Assembly (NCBI RefSeq): GCF_020745735.1
Contig: NC_083442.1
Coordinates: 33,514,072-33,578,071, forward strand
Origin: Hemiscyllium ocellatum
Lineage: Eukaryota
Direction of reading: 5' to 3'
DNA length: 64,000 nt
Position 1 is the stretch's first letter, and the number at the start of each line of letters is the position of its first letter. The notes below the pieces were generated by a model. It worked only from the letters and a program-made list of their open reading frames with translations. It searched no databases and was not told the DNA's origin. The translations under genes were made by a program, and so were the position numbers. Below, piece after piece: positions 1 through 11,590 of this stretch.

Positions 1-2425
1 TCTCTGGCTGTTCTCTGTCTGGCTTGTCCTATGATAGTGGTGTTTTCCCAGTCAAATTCATGTTGCTGGTTGTCTGAGTGTATGGCTACTAGAGATAGCT
101 GGTCGTGTCGTTTGGTGGCTAGCTGATGTTCGTGGATGCGGATTGTTAGCTGTCTTCCGGTTTGTCCTATATAGTGTTTTGTGCAGTCCTTGCATGGTAT
201 TTTGTAAACTACGTTAGTTTGGCTCATGCTGGGTATTGGGTCCTTTGTTCTAGTGAGTTGTTGTCTGAGCGTGGATGTTGGCTTGTGTGCTGTTATGAGT
301 CCTAAGGGTCGCAGTAGTCTGGCTGTCAGTTCTGAGACACTCCTGACGTATGGTAGAGTGGCTAGTCCTTTTGGTTGTGGCATGTCCTCGTTCCGTGGTC
401 TATCTCTTAGGCATCTGGTGATAAAGTTGCGTGGGTATCCGTTTTTGGCGAATACCTTGTATAGATGTTCCTCTTTTCGCAGTTCTGGTGTACTGCAGTG
501 TGTTGTGGCCCTTTTGAATAGTGTCCTGATGCAGCTTCGTTTGTGTGTGTTGGGGTGGTTACTTTCATAGTTTAAGACTTGGTCTGTGTGTGTTGGTTTC
601 CTGTGTACCCTTGTGGTGAATTCTACGTTGGGTGTTCTCTCTACTAACACGTCTAGGAATGGGAGTTGGCTATCCTTTTCTTCTTCTCGTGTGAATCGGA
701 TTCCTGGGAGTGTGGCATTGATAATTCTGTGTGTTTTTTCTATATCTGTGTTTTTGATGATTACAAAGGTGTCATCAACATATCTGATCCAGAGTTTGGG
801 TTGGATTTGTGGTATGGCTGTATGTTCTAATCTTTGCATAACTGCCTCTGCTATGAGTCCCGAGATTGGTGATCCCATGGGTGTTCCGTTGATTTGTTCG
901 TATATCTGATTGTTGAATGTAAAGTGTGTGGTGAGGCACAGGTCCAGTAGTTTGAGTATGCCGTCCTTGTTGATAGGTTCGGCCTCCTGTGTTCTCTTAT
1001 GTATGTCCAGTAGGTTGGCTATTGTTTCTCTGGCTAGGGTTTTGTCAATTGAAGTGAACAGTGCCGTCACGTCGAATGATACCATGGTTTCTTCTTTGTC
1101 TATGTGTGTCTTCCTGATGACGTCCAAGAATTCCTGTGTTGATTGTATGGAGTGTTTGGATCCGCTGACTAGGTGTTTCAGTTTTTGTTGTAGTTCTTTG
1201 GCCAGTTTGTATGCTGGTGTCCCTGGTAGTGATACTATGGGTCTGAGTGGGATGTCTGGTTTGTGTACTTTGGGTAGTCAATAGAATCTGGGGGTGTTGT
1301 TGCTTTCAGGTTTCATTCTTTGCTGGTCCGCTTTGGTTATCTGTCCGTTTTTTTGTAGATTCTTTAGTGTGTTGATTATTCTATTGGTGAGTTGTGGTGT
1401 GGGGTCGGAATCCTTCATTTGGTAGGTGTTGGTGTCTGCGAGTAGTTGTTGTGCTTTACTGATGTAGTCTGATTTATCTAGGATGACCGTCATTCTGCCT
1501 TTATCTGCCGGTAGTATGATTATGTTTTTGTCATTTTTCAGTGCTTCCCTCTCTTTGGTGTTGAGGTTATGTGTTTGTCGTTTTCTTATCATCATGGGTA
1601 CTACCGTTTGTCTCACTGTTTGTTGTGTCTCTTCTGTCAGTCCATTGTTCCTGAGTGTGCTTTCTAGTGCTGCTAGGAAGTCTGCTGTGTTGGCATCCCT
1701 GTGGTTGTATTTGAGTCCCTTGGCCAGTATAGTTCTTTCCATGTCTGTGAGCTGTCTGTGGGAGAGGTTTTTAACCCAGTTGTGTGTTGTTGTGTCCTCC
1801 TTTTTGTGTGTTAGTTTGTCCATTTTTTCTCTTAGTGCTGTTTTTTTGCGGAGTGTTGTCCTGTTCTGTCCTATAGTGATAGCCTGTTCTATGGTCCGGG
1901 TCCATTCCTGATTAGTGGTTTTTGAAATTAACGACTTTTGGCGCGCAATTTCTTGCTTGTATCTGTGCAGTCGGTTGTGAGCGTCTGTGATCATTACCTG
2001 GACCATCCTGAATCCGTTCTTCTTGGCTGTTTCCCTGGCTTGTGGGTTATTTACTGGAGGTCTGTACTTGACACATTGTGGAAGGATTTGATTTTTTCGG
2101 CATTCGTGGAGGAACCGGAGTTGTTCGTATGTTGCGCTGAGGCAGTTAGCGCAGGATTCCCATCTCCTGGCTTGTTTCAGCGTTTCTCGCCCGTAAGTGT
2201 TTAAAATCTGATTGAAGATTTGTAGCTCGGGTATCCGTTGTTGTGGTTCTGCTCGCCGAGCTGGAAGTTTTTGCTGCAAACGTTTCGTTCCCTGGCTAGG
2301 GAACATCATCAGTGCGGTGGGAGCCAGGCCAGGGAACGAAACGTTTGCAGCAAAAACTTCCAGCTCGGCGAGCAGAACCACAACAACGGATACCCGAGCT
2401 ACAAATCTTCAATCAGATTTTAAAC
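1..2425 (-). mobile_element. Penelope-like retroelement (RT + GIY-YIG endonuclease), nearly intact, running off the left edge, with a 5' inverted pseudo-LTR copy
   Basis: The - strand frame reads ...ILPADKGRMTVILD...PRFY*LPKVHKPDIPLRPIVS...SFDVTALFTSI...GTPMGSPISG...WIRYVDDTF...NVVYKIPCKDCTKHYIGQTGR. The in-frame TGA at 1280-1278 replaces the expected Gly. A 98-bp inverted repeat lies at 2199-2296/2328-2425. Confidence 0.93.
2276..2315 (-). ncRNA. Minimal type-I hammerhead ribozyme motif in the PLE pseudo-LTR
   Basis: The - strand reads GCA CUGAUGA U GUUCCC UAGCCA GGGAAC GAAAC GUU UGC. This gives both core boxes, a 6-bp stem II, a palindromic AACGUU stem III and a 3-bp stem I (GCA/UGC). Confidence 0.75.
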
Positions 2426-2429
2426 CTCC

Positions 2430-2820
2430 TGTGTGGCACCTTATTAAAGGCCTAGGGGGTGGTACCAAGTTGGAGGGTTGGATCTGCAATGTTGTGGTAG
2501 GGAGGGGAGATTTGGAAACTGGTGAAGTTAATGTTGATGCCGTGTCATTGAAGGGTACCAAGGTGGAAGATGAGGCACTTTTCCTCCAGTCATCAAGTGG
2601 CTTGAATTTGGCGGCAGAGGCAGCTCGGGACATGCAAATCCTTGGCAATGTGGAACAGGGGAGTTGAAGTGGTTGGCCACAGGCCGGTGGGGTCATTTGG
2701 TGACAGTGTGCCCTAGAAATGCTCTGCAATTTGGTGCCCTGTCTCCCCAGTGTAGAGGAGACCACATCAAGAGCAACAGACACAGCAGATGTGCAGGAAA
2801 ATCTCTGCCAGATGTGAAAA
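2430..2820 (-). mobile_element. Decayed fragment of a second PLE family (GIY-YIG region)
   Basis: Its reverse complement resembles 3480-3850 and 8355-8650 (tgctcttgatgtggtctcctctacactggggagac...). Confidence 0.65.
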
Positions 2821-3150
2821 GATTAGATTAGACTAGATTAGATTCCTAACAGTGTGGAAACAGGCTCTTCGGTCCAACAAGCCCACACCAATCCGCTGAG
2901 GAGTAACCCACCCAGACTCATTTCCCTCTGACTAATGCACCTAACACTATGGGCAATTTAGCATGGCCAATTCACTTGACCTGTACATCTTTGGACAGTG
3001 GGAGGAAACCCGAAGCACCTGGAGGTAACCCACGCAGACACGGTGAAAATGTCTGTGTGGAGTTTGCACAGTCGCCCGAGGCTGGAATCTAACCTGGGTC
3101 CCAGGTGCTGAGAGACAGCAGTGCTAACCTCTGAGTCACCTTGTCACCCC
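2821..3150 (-). mobile_element. tRNA-derived SINE (elasmobranch HE1/V-SINE-like)
   Basis: A/B-box-like head, body shared with other copies in the window, and a (TCTAA)n tail at 2821-2845. Confidence 0.8.
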
Positions 3151-3199
3151 TGACTGTCTTGCACTATAACATTTTTCTTAATCAAAACTGCATGGGTGG

Positions 3200-4137
3200 G
3201 TTGATGGGGAGTATGGACCTAACAAGGGAGTCCCACACCTACGCCCTTGAACTCTAGCCCTCCAACCGCAACAGAGAGAAACCTTCCCAATCCTCACCTT
3301 CCATCCCACTAATCTCCGATTACAGCACATTATCCTCTGCCTTTTCCACCACTTATAATCCGACCCCAACAATGATATATTTAATCTCCCCACCAGTGTT
3401 CCACAGAAATCATTCTCTCCACGACTCCTTCGTTGGGTCCACACCTCTCACCAACCCACAGTCCATACTTGGCACCTTCTGGCTGAGACTTTCCTGCACA
3501 TCCATCCACCCACCTGATCTATTGTGTCCATTGCTCTTGATGTGGACTGCTCTACATTGGAGAAACAGGACGCCACCTCACAGAGTGTTACAGTGAACAT
3601 GTCTGGGACACACGCACCAAACAACCCCACCACCTTGTGATCGACCATTCAATTCCCCCCCCGCCCCCCCTCCTATTCCCCCAAGGACGTGAAAGTCCTG
3701 GGCCTCCATCGACGTATCCAAGGCACCTGACAAATGCAGGAAGAATGCCTGATCTTCCAATTGGGATCCTTCAACCACATGCCATCAACATCGACTTCAT
3801 CAGTTTCCTCATCTCCCCTCCGCCAGTTCATCCCAGATCCAACCCTTCAACTCTGCTCTGCCTTCTTGACCTTTCTATCTTCCTTCCCAGCTATCCACTC
3901 TACCCTCCCCATCGATATATTACTTGCATCCATCTATGGCCTTCCCAGTTACCTTCCTCGCAGCCCGACACCCAACCCCCTTTTTATCTTTCCACCCCCT
4001 TCCCCTTCCACATTTGTGAAGGGCTTGTACCTGATATGACTCTCCCACTGCTCGGGTGATGTCTGAACTGCTCTGCGGTTCCAGTGCCACACTTTTCAAC
4101 TCTGACTCTCCAAAATCTGCAGTCCTCACTTTCTTCA
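3200..4137 (+). mobile_element. Decayed PLE 3' part (GIY-YIG remnant and pseudo-LTR tail)
   Basis: Remnant peptide LIYCVHCS*CGLLYIGETGR. It ends in the family tail 'tctgcagtcctcactttc', with a degenerate hammerhead 'gtgaagggcttgtacctga' near 4015. Confidence 0.7.
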
Positions 4138-4435
4138 TAAATTATTCGGAGTTGAACAAACATAATCCAACAGAGAAAGGCCGACATTGTTTGCAAAAGC
4201 TGAAAATTCAGAGATTACAGGAAAAGAACTGCCCTGCTGGAAAGTGTACTAATTAACTTTAATATCTTTGTTAGTGAAACTTTGGCAGTTGGGATTCCTA
4301 GCTAGCAGAAAATTAGCCTTTCATAAAAGGGAGTTTCAATGCTAGGAAAATAACTTCTTTGGGTAGCTGAATAGCAAGAGCAAAGAGATAACAAGCTGAA
4401 GGTGCTCCAGACTCCTGAAATATCCAACATTTAAA

Positions 4436-4624
4436 CAACTAGGAGAAAGTGAGGACTGCAGATGCTGGAGATCAGCTGAAAATGTGTTGCTGGGGAAGTG
4501 CAGCAGGTCAGGCAGCATCCAAGGACCAGGAGAATCGACGTTTCGGGCTCATGCCCGAAACGTCGATTCTCCTGATCTTTGGATGCTGCCTGACCGGCTG
4601 CGCTTTTCCAGCAACACATTTTCA
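4436..4624 (-). mobile_element. Miniature fold-back (palindromic) PLE derivative
   Basis: 72-bp arms at 4477-4548/4553-4624 with loop TCAT and a one-sided tail of about 40 bp. Flanking direct repeat CAACATTTAAA at 4425-4435 and 4623-4633. Confidence 0.85.
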
Positions 4625-7299
4625 ACATTTAAATAACACCAACTTAACAGGCAGTGCTGTCTTTAAAACTTATTTAACTACAGGGATTCAGCATAACTAA
4701 TTTCACAGATTAGATGCTGTTGTTTTGGCTTTGAATCAACAAACAGCATTAAATATCATATAAAGAGCACAAGAGTTTCAAATGCTTACAAAACACTTTA
4801 GATATTATTTTAAACGTATAATTTTTTGGGTTGGGTGATAAACACCAAGTTGGATGTTTGCAACATGAAAATGTTGTATCGCATGCAAGCATCTCCAAAC
4901 AAAGCTACTACAATATCTACGGATACTCATTTATCAACAGAGGGAACAGTGGGACGTTCCAATGAATCTCACTTTCTGATGCTGGGATGAGTACTTGTGC
5001 AAAAATTTAATTTTACTGGTTAGGAATGGTGTGCGGCAGACAGGATAATTATCATCTGCTAAATCTTATAACTAAAGCAGATGAAAGACAAATATCCAGA
5101 ATACATTTATTGAACTACTGTGGAATAAACCAATGAAAATATAAATTTTCAAACTCATGAACAGCACAAACTACAGATATAGGCTGATCATACAATGCAT
5201 AACTGAGCAGTTAAGGATTTTAAAATTTCACAATCATGCTGATATTTGCTTTTCCAAACATTTCTTTGCTCAAAGATTCGATTTTAAAACTGTCACATTT
5301 TTTGTGAAACCTTGCTGTGCATGCAAGGGTGGCTATATTTGACTACTGTATGCAGTCAGAAACATTAATTAAAAACAACAGTGGGTAACTAAGTCTTCTC
5401 AAATACTTCTAAGAATTTCTCTTGTACAGCATAGGTCTTTAACAAAAAAATGTAACAATAATACTGGGTTTCAACTGCAATTCTAACTAAACTGCCATAC
5501 TGTACTCATGTCAATTGTCTCTAGTCTTCCTTTCTCCTGAAGCTGCAATTATGGTACCACCTAGTCACGAAACTTTACCTCTGCTCCACATTCACTGGTG
5601 CTCTGCATTATTATCGGCTTTGGTCCATCAGCAAAGTTTCTCAATTTAATAAATAAATTTACAGGTGTTGAGATAATGTACAGCTGCCATATCCTTTTAT
5701 AGTTCACAGGGAATGTGCACTTCACAGCTATTTGTCTAACAATTCTTTCAATTGAAAAAAGGATTTCATGCAAGCACAAGGCCTTTTAATGAAAATAATT
5801 CACCCAGTGCATGCAACGGTTAACTTCTTGTCTCAATGGGTTATTTGAAAACTGATAGCTTTGGAAAACTTATTGCATTTCCCGAATTTACTTCATTTTT
5901 TTAACGTACACATTAAGATATGTGACAGCAAATTAGTGAAATATCTTTGCTTAAGGTCATCAATAGATTTATTGATGAATTCTAAAGTACTTTGGGGTTA
6001 GATATGTGAACTCGTAAATACCTCTAAACTGCTAGAAAAGCTGTCGAATTAGACTGCTCTTATTAAAAACATCTCAAGCTCCAGAATAAACACACACAGA
6101 AGGATTTAGGGATCATTCTTATGCAAAATACAAACTTGATCAAATTCCTCAGAGGAGGTTGTAAATTTTTTTAAGACATCAACACATTGGCACAACTGAG
6201 AATCACAAACTGAATGACAAAGGTTCAGTAAAGCAAATATTTAATCAAAAAACAAACCAAACATCGAAACAGACTTGCACGGACGATCATAACAACTATA
6301 AAAAAGCTTATGCTGATGATTCTGCATTCATCTCATTTTTTTTGAATGAAGGATGTCAAATTAAACTTGGACAATTAGTGGAATAATTAACATGCTTCTG
6401 GCTAACATGGGTCTTCCCTCTATTCAGAGGAACCCTGTTTAAAACAATTAAGAACTGGACAACTTTCACGTCTCATTCCATGTTAACTGATCAAATGGAG
6501 AACCAACAAGCCACACTAACTAGAAGTGTCTCAATCAACGAAGCATCTTCCAAGATGTGACCTCTACCATCTATAAAAGGACAAATTTGAAGACTCATGG
6601 AACTACCACCAACTGCAAGTTTCCCTTCAATCTACATGATATCCTGGCTTGAAACTAGATTACCATTCCACCGTCACTGGAGCAACTTGTTACAAACTTG
6701 AACTGTGGCCCTCTCAAGGACAATGGGGAAGGGCAAGAATTGATAACCTTACTATTGACATTCACATCCATGAAATAATCTTTTATTTCCAAATGCTGTT
6801 AAATTAAGGTGTATCAAAGAGAATATAACTTGCTGTTTATATAAAAGCATAAAACTAGAAACACAATTTAAAGAACATTAGCTACTATGCAATCCTTTCC
6901 CCATTTAGATATAATCCTAACAGGGAAAAACACAATGCTCTGCCACACTAAGATCAATACATCTAACTCAACTACTTCCAGGTTTCTACATTTTAAAAAA
7001 GATAATTTATTCAAAGACCATCTTCTGTGGTCCAGCTTATAGTTTGTCAGAAGGCACAATTATTTCTTGGTTTTGCACAGCAACGTATACAATGGAAGTC
7101 TCCTTGCAAAGATCTTGATGTAACTAAGTTTGTCCTAATGAATGATCAACTGTATAGGGTCCACCATGCATCAGTAGTAGAATATCTGTAGCAGGAGAGA
7201 AACGTACAAGAATGGGATAAGGTCTGATCCTTGAATACATAGGCAATTCTACAGGGTGGCTCCTACATAGAAACATGTGGCAAATAACACAGAAAAAAT

Positions 7300-10078
7300 C
7301 TGGGCGACTAAAGAAATTGAGAGTTTGATTAAGAAAAAAAAAATGTAAGGTATAGATAGGATAGATCGAGTGAATCCCTAGAAGAGAATAAAGGAAGTAA
7401 GAGAATACTTGAGGAAAATCAGGAGGACAAAAAGGGACATGAGATAGCTTTGGCAAATAGAATTAAGGAGAATCCTTAATTTTTCCAAATACATTAAGGA
7501 CAAAAGGGAAACTAGGGAGAGAATAGGGCCCCTCAAAGATCAGCAAGGCAGCCTTTGTGTGGAACCACAGAAAATGGGGTAGATACTAAATGAATATTTT
7601 GCATCAGTATTTACTGTGGAAAAGGATATGGAAGATATAGACTGTAGGGAAATAGATGGTGACATCTTGCAAAATGTCCAGATTACAGAGGAGGAAGTGC
7701 TGGATGCCTTGATACAGGTAAACATGGATAAATCCCCAGGACCTGATCAAGTGTACCCTAGAACTCTGAGGGAAGCTAGAGAAGTGATTGCTGAGCCTCT
7801 TGCTGAGATATTTGTATCACTGACAGTCACAGATGAAGTGCTGGAAGACTGTAGGTTGGCTAATGTGGTGCTACTCTTTAAGAAGGGAAGTAAGGACAAG
7901 CTTGAGAACTACAGACCAGTGAGCCTGACATTGGTGGTGGGCAAATTGTTGGAGGGAATCCTGAGGGACAGGATGTACATGTATTTGGAAAGGCAAGGAC
8001 TTATTGGGGATAGTCAACATGGCTTTGTGTTCGGGAAATCATGTCTCACAAACTTGATTGAGCTCTTTGAGGAAGAAAGAGGATTGATGAGGGCAGAGCA
8101 ATAAATGTGATCTGTATGGACTTCAGTAAGGCGTTTGACAAGGTTCCCCATGGGAGACTGATTACCAAGGCTACTCTCACTTAATACAGGGAGAACTAGT
8201 CATTTGGATACAGGATTAGAATGGTGCTGGAAAAGCACAGCAGTTCAGGCAACATCAGAGCAGGAAAATCGACATTTCGGGCAAAAGCCCTTCATCTGAA
8301 ATAGAGGCAGAGTGCCTGCAGGGTGGAGAGATAAATGAGAAGAGGGTGGGGGATAACATCATTTATTGTATCCGTTGCTCCTGATGCGGTCTCCTCTACA
8401 TTGGGGAGACTGAATGCCTCCTTGCACAGCGCTTTAGGGAACATCTCTGGGACACCCACACCACTCTGAGGCCCAACATTTCAACTCCCCCTACCACTCC
8501 ACTGAGGACATGGAGGTCCTGGGCCTCCTTCGCCGCCGGTCCCTCACCACCCGACACCTGGAGGAAGAACGCTTCATCTTCCACCTCGGAACACTTCAAC
8601 CCCAGGGCATCAATGTGGACTTCAACAGTTTCCTCATTTCCCCTTCCTCCACCTCACCCCAGTTCCAGACTTCCAGCTCAGCACTGTCCCCATGACTTGT
8701 CCAACCTGCCTATCTTCCTTTCCACCTATCCACTCCACCCTCCTCCCTGACCTATCACATCCATCCCCACCCCCATTCACCTATTGTACTCTATGCTACT
8801 TTCTCCCCAGCCCCACCCGCCTCTCATTTATCTCTCCAACCTGCAGGCATTCTGCCTCTATTCCTGAAGGACTTTTGCCTGAAACGTCAATTTTCCTGCT
8901 CCTCCAATGCTGCCTGAACTACTTTGCTTTTCCAGCACCAATCTAACCCAGAATCTAGTTTCCAGCATCTGGAGTCCTTGTTTTCATCCATTTGGATTCA
9001 GAACTGGCTCAAAGGTAGAAGACAGAGGGTGGTGGTGGAGGGTTGTTTTTCAGATTGGAAGCCTGCGACCAGTGGAGTGCCACAAGGATCGGTGCTGGGT
9101 CCTCTACTTTTTGTCATTTACATAAATGATTTGGATGCAATCATAAGAGGTACAGTTAGTAAGTTTGCAGATGACACCAAAATTGGAGGTGTAGTGGACA
9201 GGAAGAAGGTTACCTCAGATTACAACAGGATCTGGACCAGATGGGCCAATGGGCTGGGAAGTGGCAGACAGAGTTTAATTCAGATAAATGAGAGGCGCTG
9301 CATTTTGGGAAAGCAAATCTTAGCAGGACTTATACACTTAATGGTAAGGTCCTAGGGAGTGTTGTTGAACAAAGAGACCTTGGAGTGCAGGTTCATAGCT
9401 CCTCGAAAGTGGAGTCACGGGTAGATAGGATAGTGAAGGCGGCGTTTGGTATGCTTTCCTTTATTGGTCAGAGTATTGATTACAGGAGTTGGGAGGTCAT
9501 GTTGCGGCTGTACAGGACATTGGTTAGGCCACTGTTGGAATATTGCGTGCAATACTGGTCTCCTTCCTATCGGAAAGATGTTGTGAAACTTGAAAGAGTT
9601 CAGAAAAGACTTACAAGGATGTTGCCAGGGTTGGAGGATTTGAGCTGGAAGGAAAGGCTGAACAGGCTGGGGCTGTTTTCCCTGGAGCGTCAGAGGCTGA
9701 GGGGTGACCGTATAGAGGTTTTACAAAATTATGAGGGGCATGGATAGGATAAATAGACAAAGTCTTTTCGTTGGGGTCAGGGAGTCCTGAACTAGAGGAC
9801 ACAGGTTTAGGGTGAGAGAGGAAAGATATAAAAGAAACCCAAGGGGCAACTTTTCACACAGAGGGTGGTACATGTATGGAATGAGCTGCCAGAGCATGTG
9901 GTGGAGGCTGGTACAATTGTAACATTTAAGAGGCATTTGGATGGGAATATGACTAGGAAGGGTTTGGAGGGATATGGGCCGGGTGCTGGCAGGTGGGATT
10001 GGGTAGGGATATCTGATTGGCAAGGACAGGTTGGACCGAAGGGTCTGTTTCCATGTTGTACATCTCTACGACTCTATA
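7300..10078 (+). mobile_element. CR1-clade LINE, 5'-truncated, interrupted by a PLE derivative
   Basis: Motifs KSPGPD, NYRPVSLT, QHGF, GVPQGSVLGPLLFVIYINDL, KFADDTK and YRTLVRPLLEY. Short 'ctctacgactctata' tail. Contains frameshifts. Confidence 0.95.
8214..8988 (+). mobile_element. Non-autonomous PLE derivative with inverted pseudo-LTR, nested in the CR1
   Basis: TSD CATTTGGA(TA/TT)CAG at 8201-8213 and 8989-9001. Bases ~8214-8350 are the inverse of ~8810-8945. Contains an internal GIY-YIG remnant and degenerate hammerheads near 8270-8300 (-) and 8862-8890 (+). Confidence 0.85.
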
Positions 10079-10929
10079 ATCATTTAGCTCATCCTCCTCA
10101 ATAAGATAAATAACAAATGTGAGAGTAAATTCAGTTAATAACAAAGTAACCTTTAAACGTTTGTCCTTATTTGTATGATACATACTATCAAATCAGCTAC
10201 TTAATCAGAATACAGTCGACTTTGGTTTAAATTAGCACTGAAGTCTTATGAACTTTATTCATACTGAAAGATAATTTATAGTTACAGTTCCATTAAAACA
10301 TACCATATAAAGAGATAGTCACTTTGATTTCTTTAAACTAAAACAAGCTTGTGAAATTCAGACTAAATATCCACCTGAATAGGAACAACCATCAGCTCAT
10401 TTTTAGATTCAACCTGTCAAACTGAAGTTATCACTGGAGAATATTTCATTGAATTGAACAGTAGAAGTAAAATGCTGATGGTGTGCACCTGGCCGGTGCA
10501 ATGGCTTAATAATTTAAGGTATGAAATAAAACATGTACAGCACAACACTAACGCATACTTTCTCATGACTTCATGAAGTTTCTCATTTCACACAGAGTCA
10601 ATGTGAATGATTTGTTTAGGAAGTGAACTAAAAAAACCATTCATTTGACATTTTCGCACATACCTGTTATACCATGCAAATGAGCAAAGTTAAATTATTT
10701 CCTTGGTGTTTGAAGATTTATCTCGAAGTAAAAAGCAAAGAATTCTGCTCATGTGCTGAACTTTAGATAACACCCACCACTCATCCCACCTCACCTAATC
10801 TCAGAAAATTAGGTTAAACCCTAAAAATGGATGTCACATATGTTTTGACAACTCAAAATTAGTTCTTCAAGACAGTCAAGGACTAGAGGGAACTTGGATG
10901 TTTATGGTCAAATGTTTACTTTCATTCAG

Positions 10930-11200
10930 GTATAGGGTGAGAGGAGAAAAATTTAAAAGGGCCCTGAGGGGCAACATTTTCACGCAGATGGTGGTGTGTA
11001 TGGAATGAGCTGCCAGAGGAATTGGTGGAGACTGGTACATGCACATTTAAATGACATTTGGATGGGTTTATGAATAGGAAGGGTTTAGAGAGATATAGGC
11101 CAAGTGCCAGCAAATGGGACTAGATTAGATTAGAATATCTGGTTGGCATGGACGAGTTGGACTGAAGGGTCTATTTGCATGCTGTACTTCTCCATGACTC
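10930..11200 (+). mobile_element. CR1 3'-end fragment
   Basis: Matches the 3' ends of the longer CR1 copies (tggaatgagctgccagag...gaagggtctatttgcatgctgtac). Confidence 0.85.
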
Positions 11201-11246
11201 GGACTAAAAAATTCATGTAAGCACATTGTACAAAATAGTTCAGTAT

Positions 11247-11590
11247 ATGTAAGCTAGCTTGCTGAGCTTGAAGGTTTGGTTTCAAATATTTTGTCACCAT
11301 ATTAGGTAACAAAATTCTTAGAGGCATGGCATTCTAACCAGAACTCATCAATAAATACATCGATTTAGATTTTATTTACCTTCCCTTAAGAAAAAAACAG
11401 AAATGACATCACCCACCTTAAGAAACCAAGACCTATAAAGAGAGAGGTGGGAGATACCACCAGCGCTTCACCGGAGACACTCACTGATGTTACCTATTAT
11501 GCTGATGAAATGTCTGAAAACAAACCTTCAAGGTCAGCAAGCTAACTTACTTACTTATCAACCTGAGCTACAAATCTTCTCAAAAATTGT
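11247..11590 (+). mobile_element. Decayed PLE pseudo-LTR with a 5' inverted segment
   Basis: 11249-11312 is an imperfect inverse of ~11487-11550. It ends with 'acctgagctacaaatcttc', like 2392-2410. Flanking repeat AAATAGTTCA at 11233-11242 and 11591-11600. Confidence 0.65.

Noticed and set aside
226-2204. + strand ORFs over the PLE
   Set aside because: They are antisense shadows of the - strand RT frame.
2310-2381. ORF-track start at 2381 for the PLE protein
   Set aside because: It lies in the inverted duplicate arm and is not an ATG, so it is an artefact of the fold-back.
4436-4624. MITE (DNA transposon) interpretation of the palindromes
   Set aside because: The TSD lengths vary, the tails are one-sided, and the arms match PLE 3' ends, which favours a retroelement origin.
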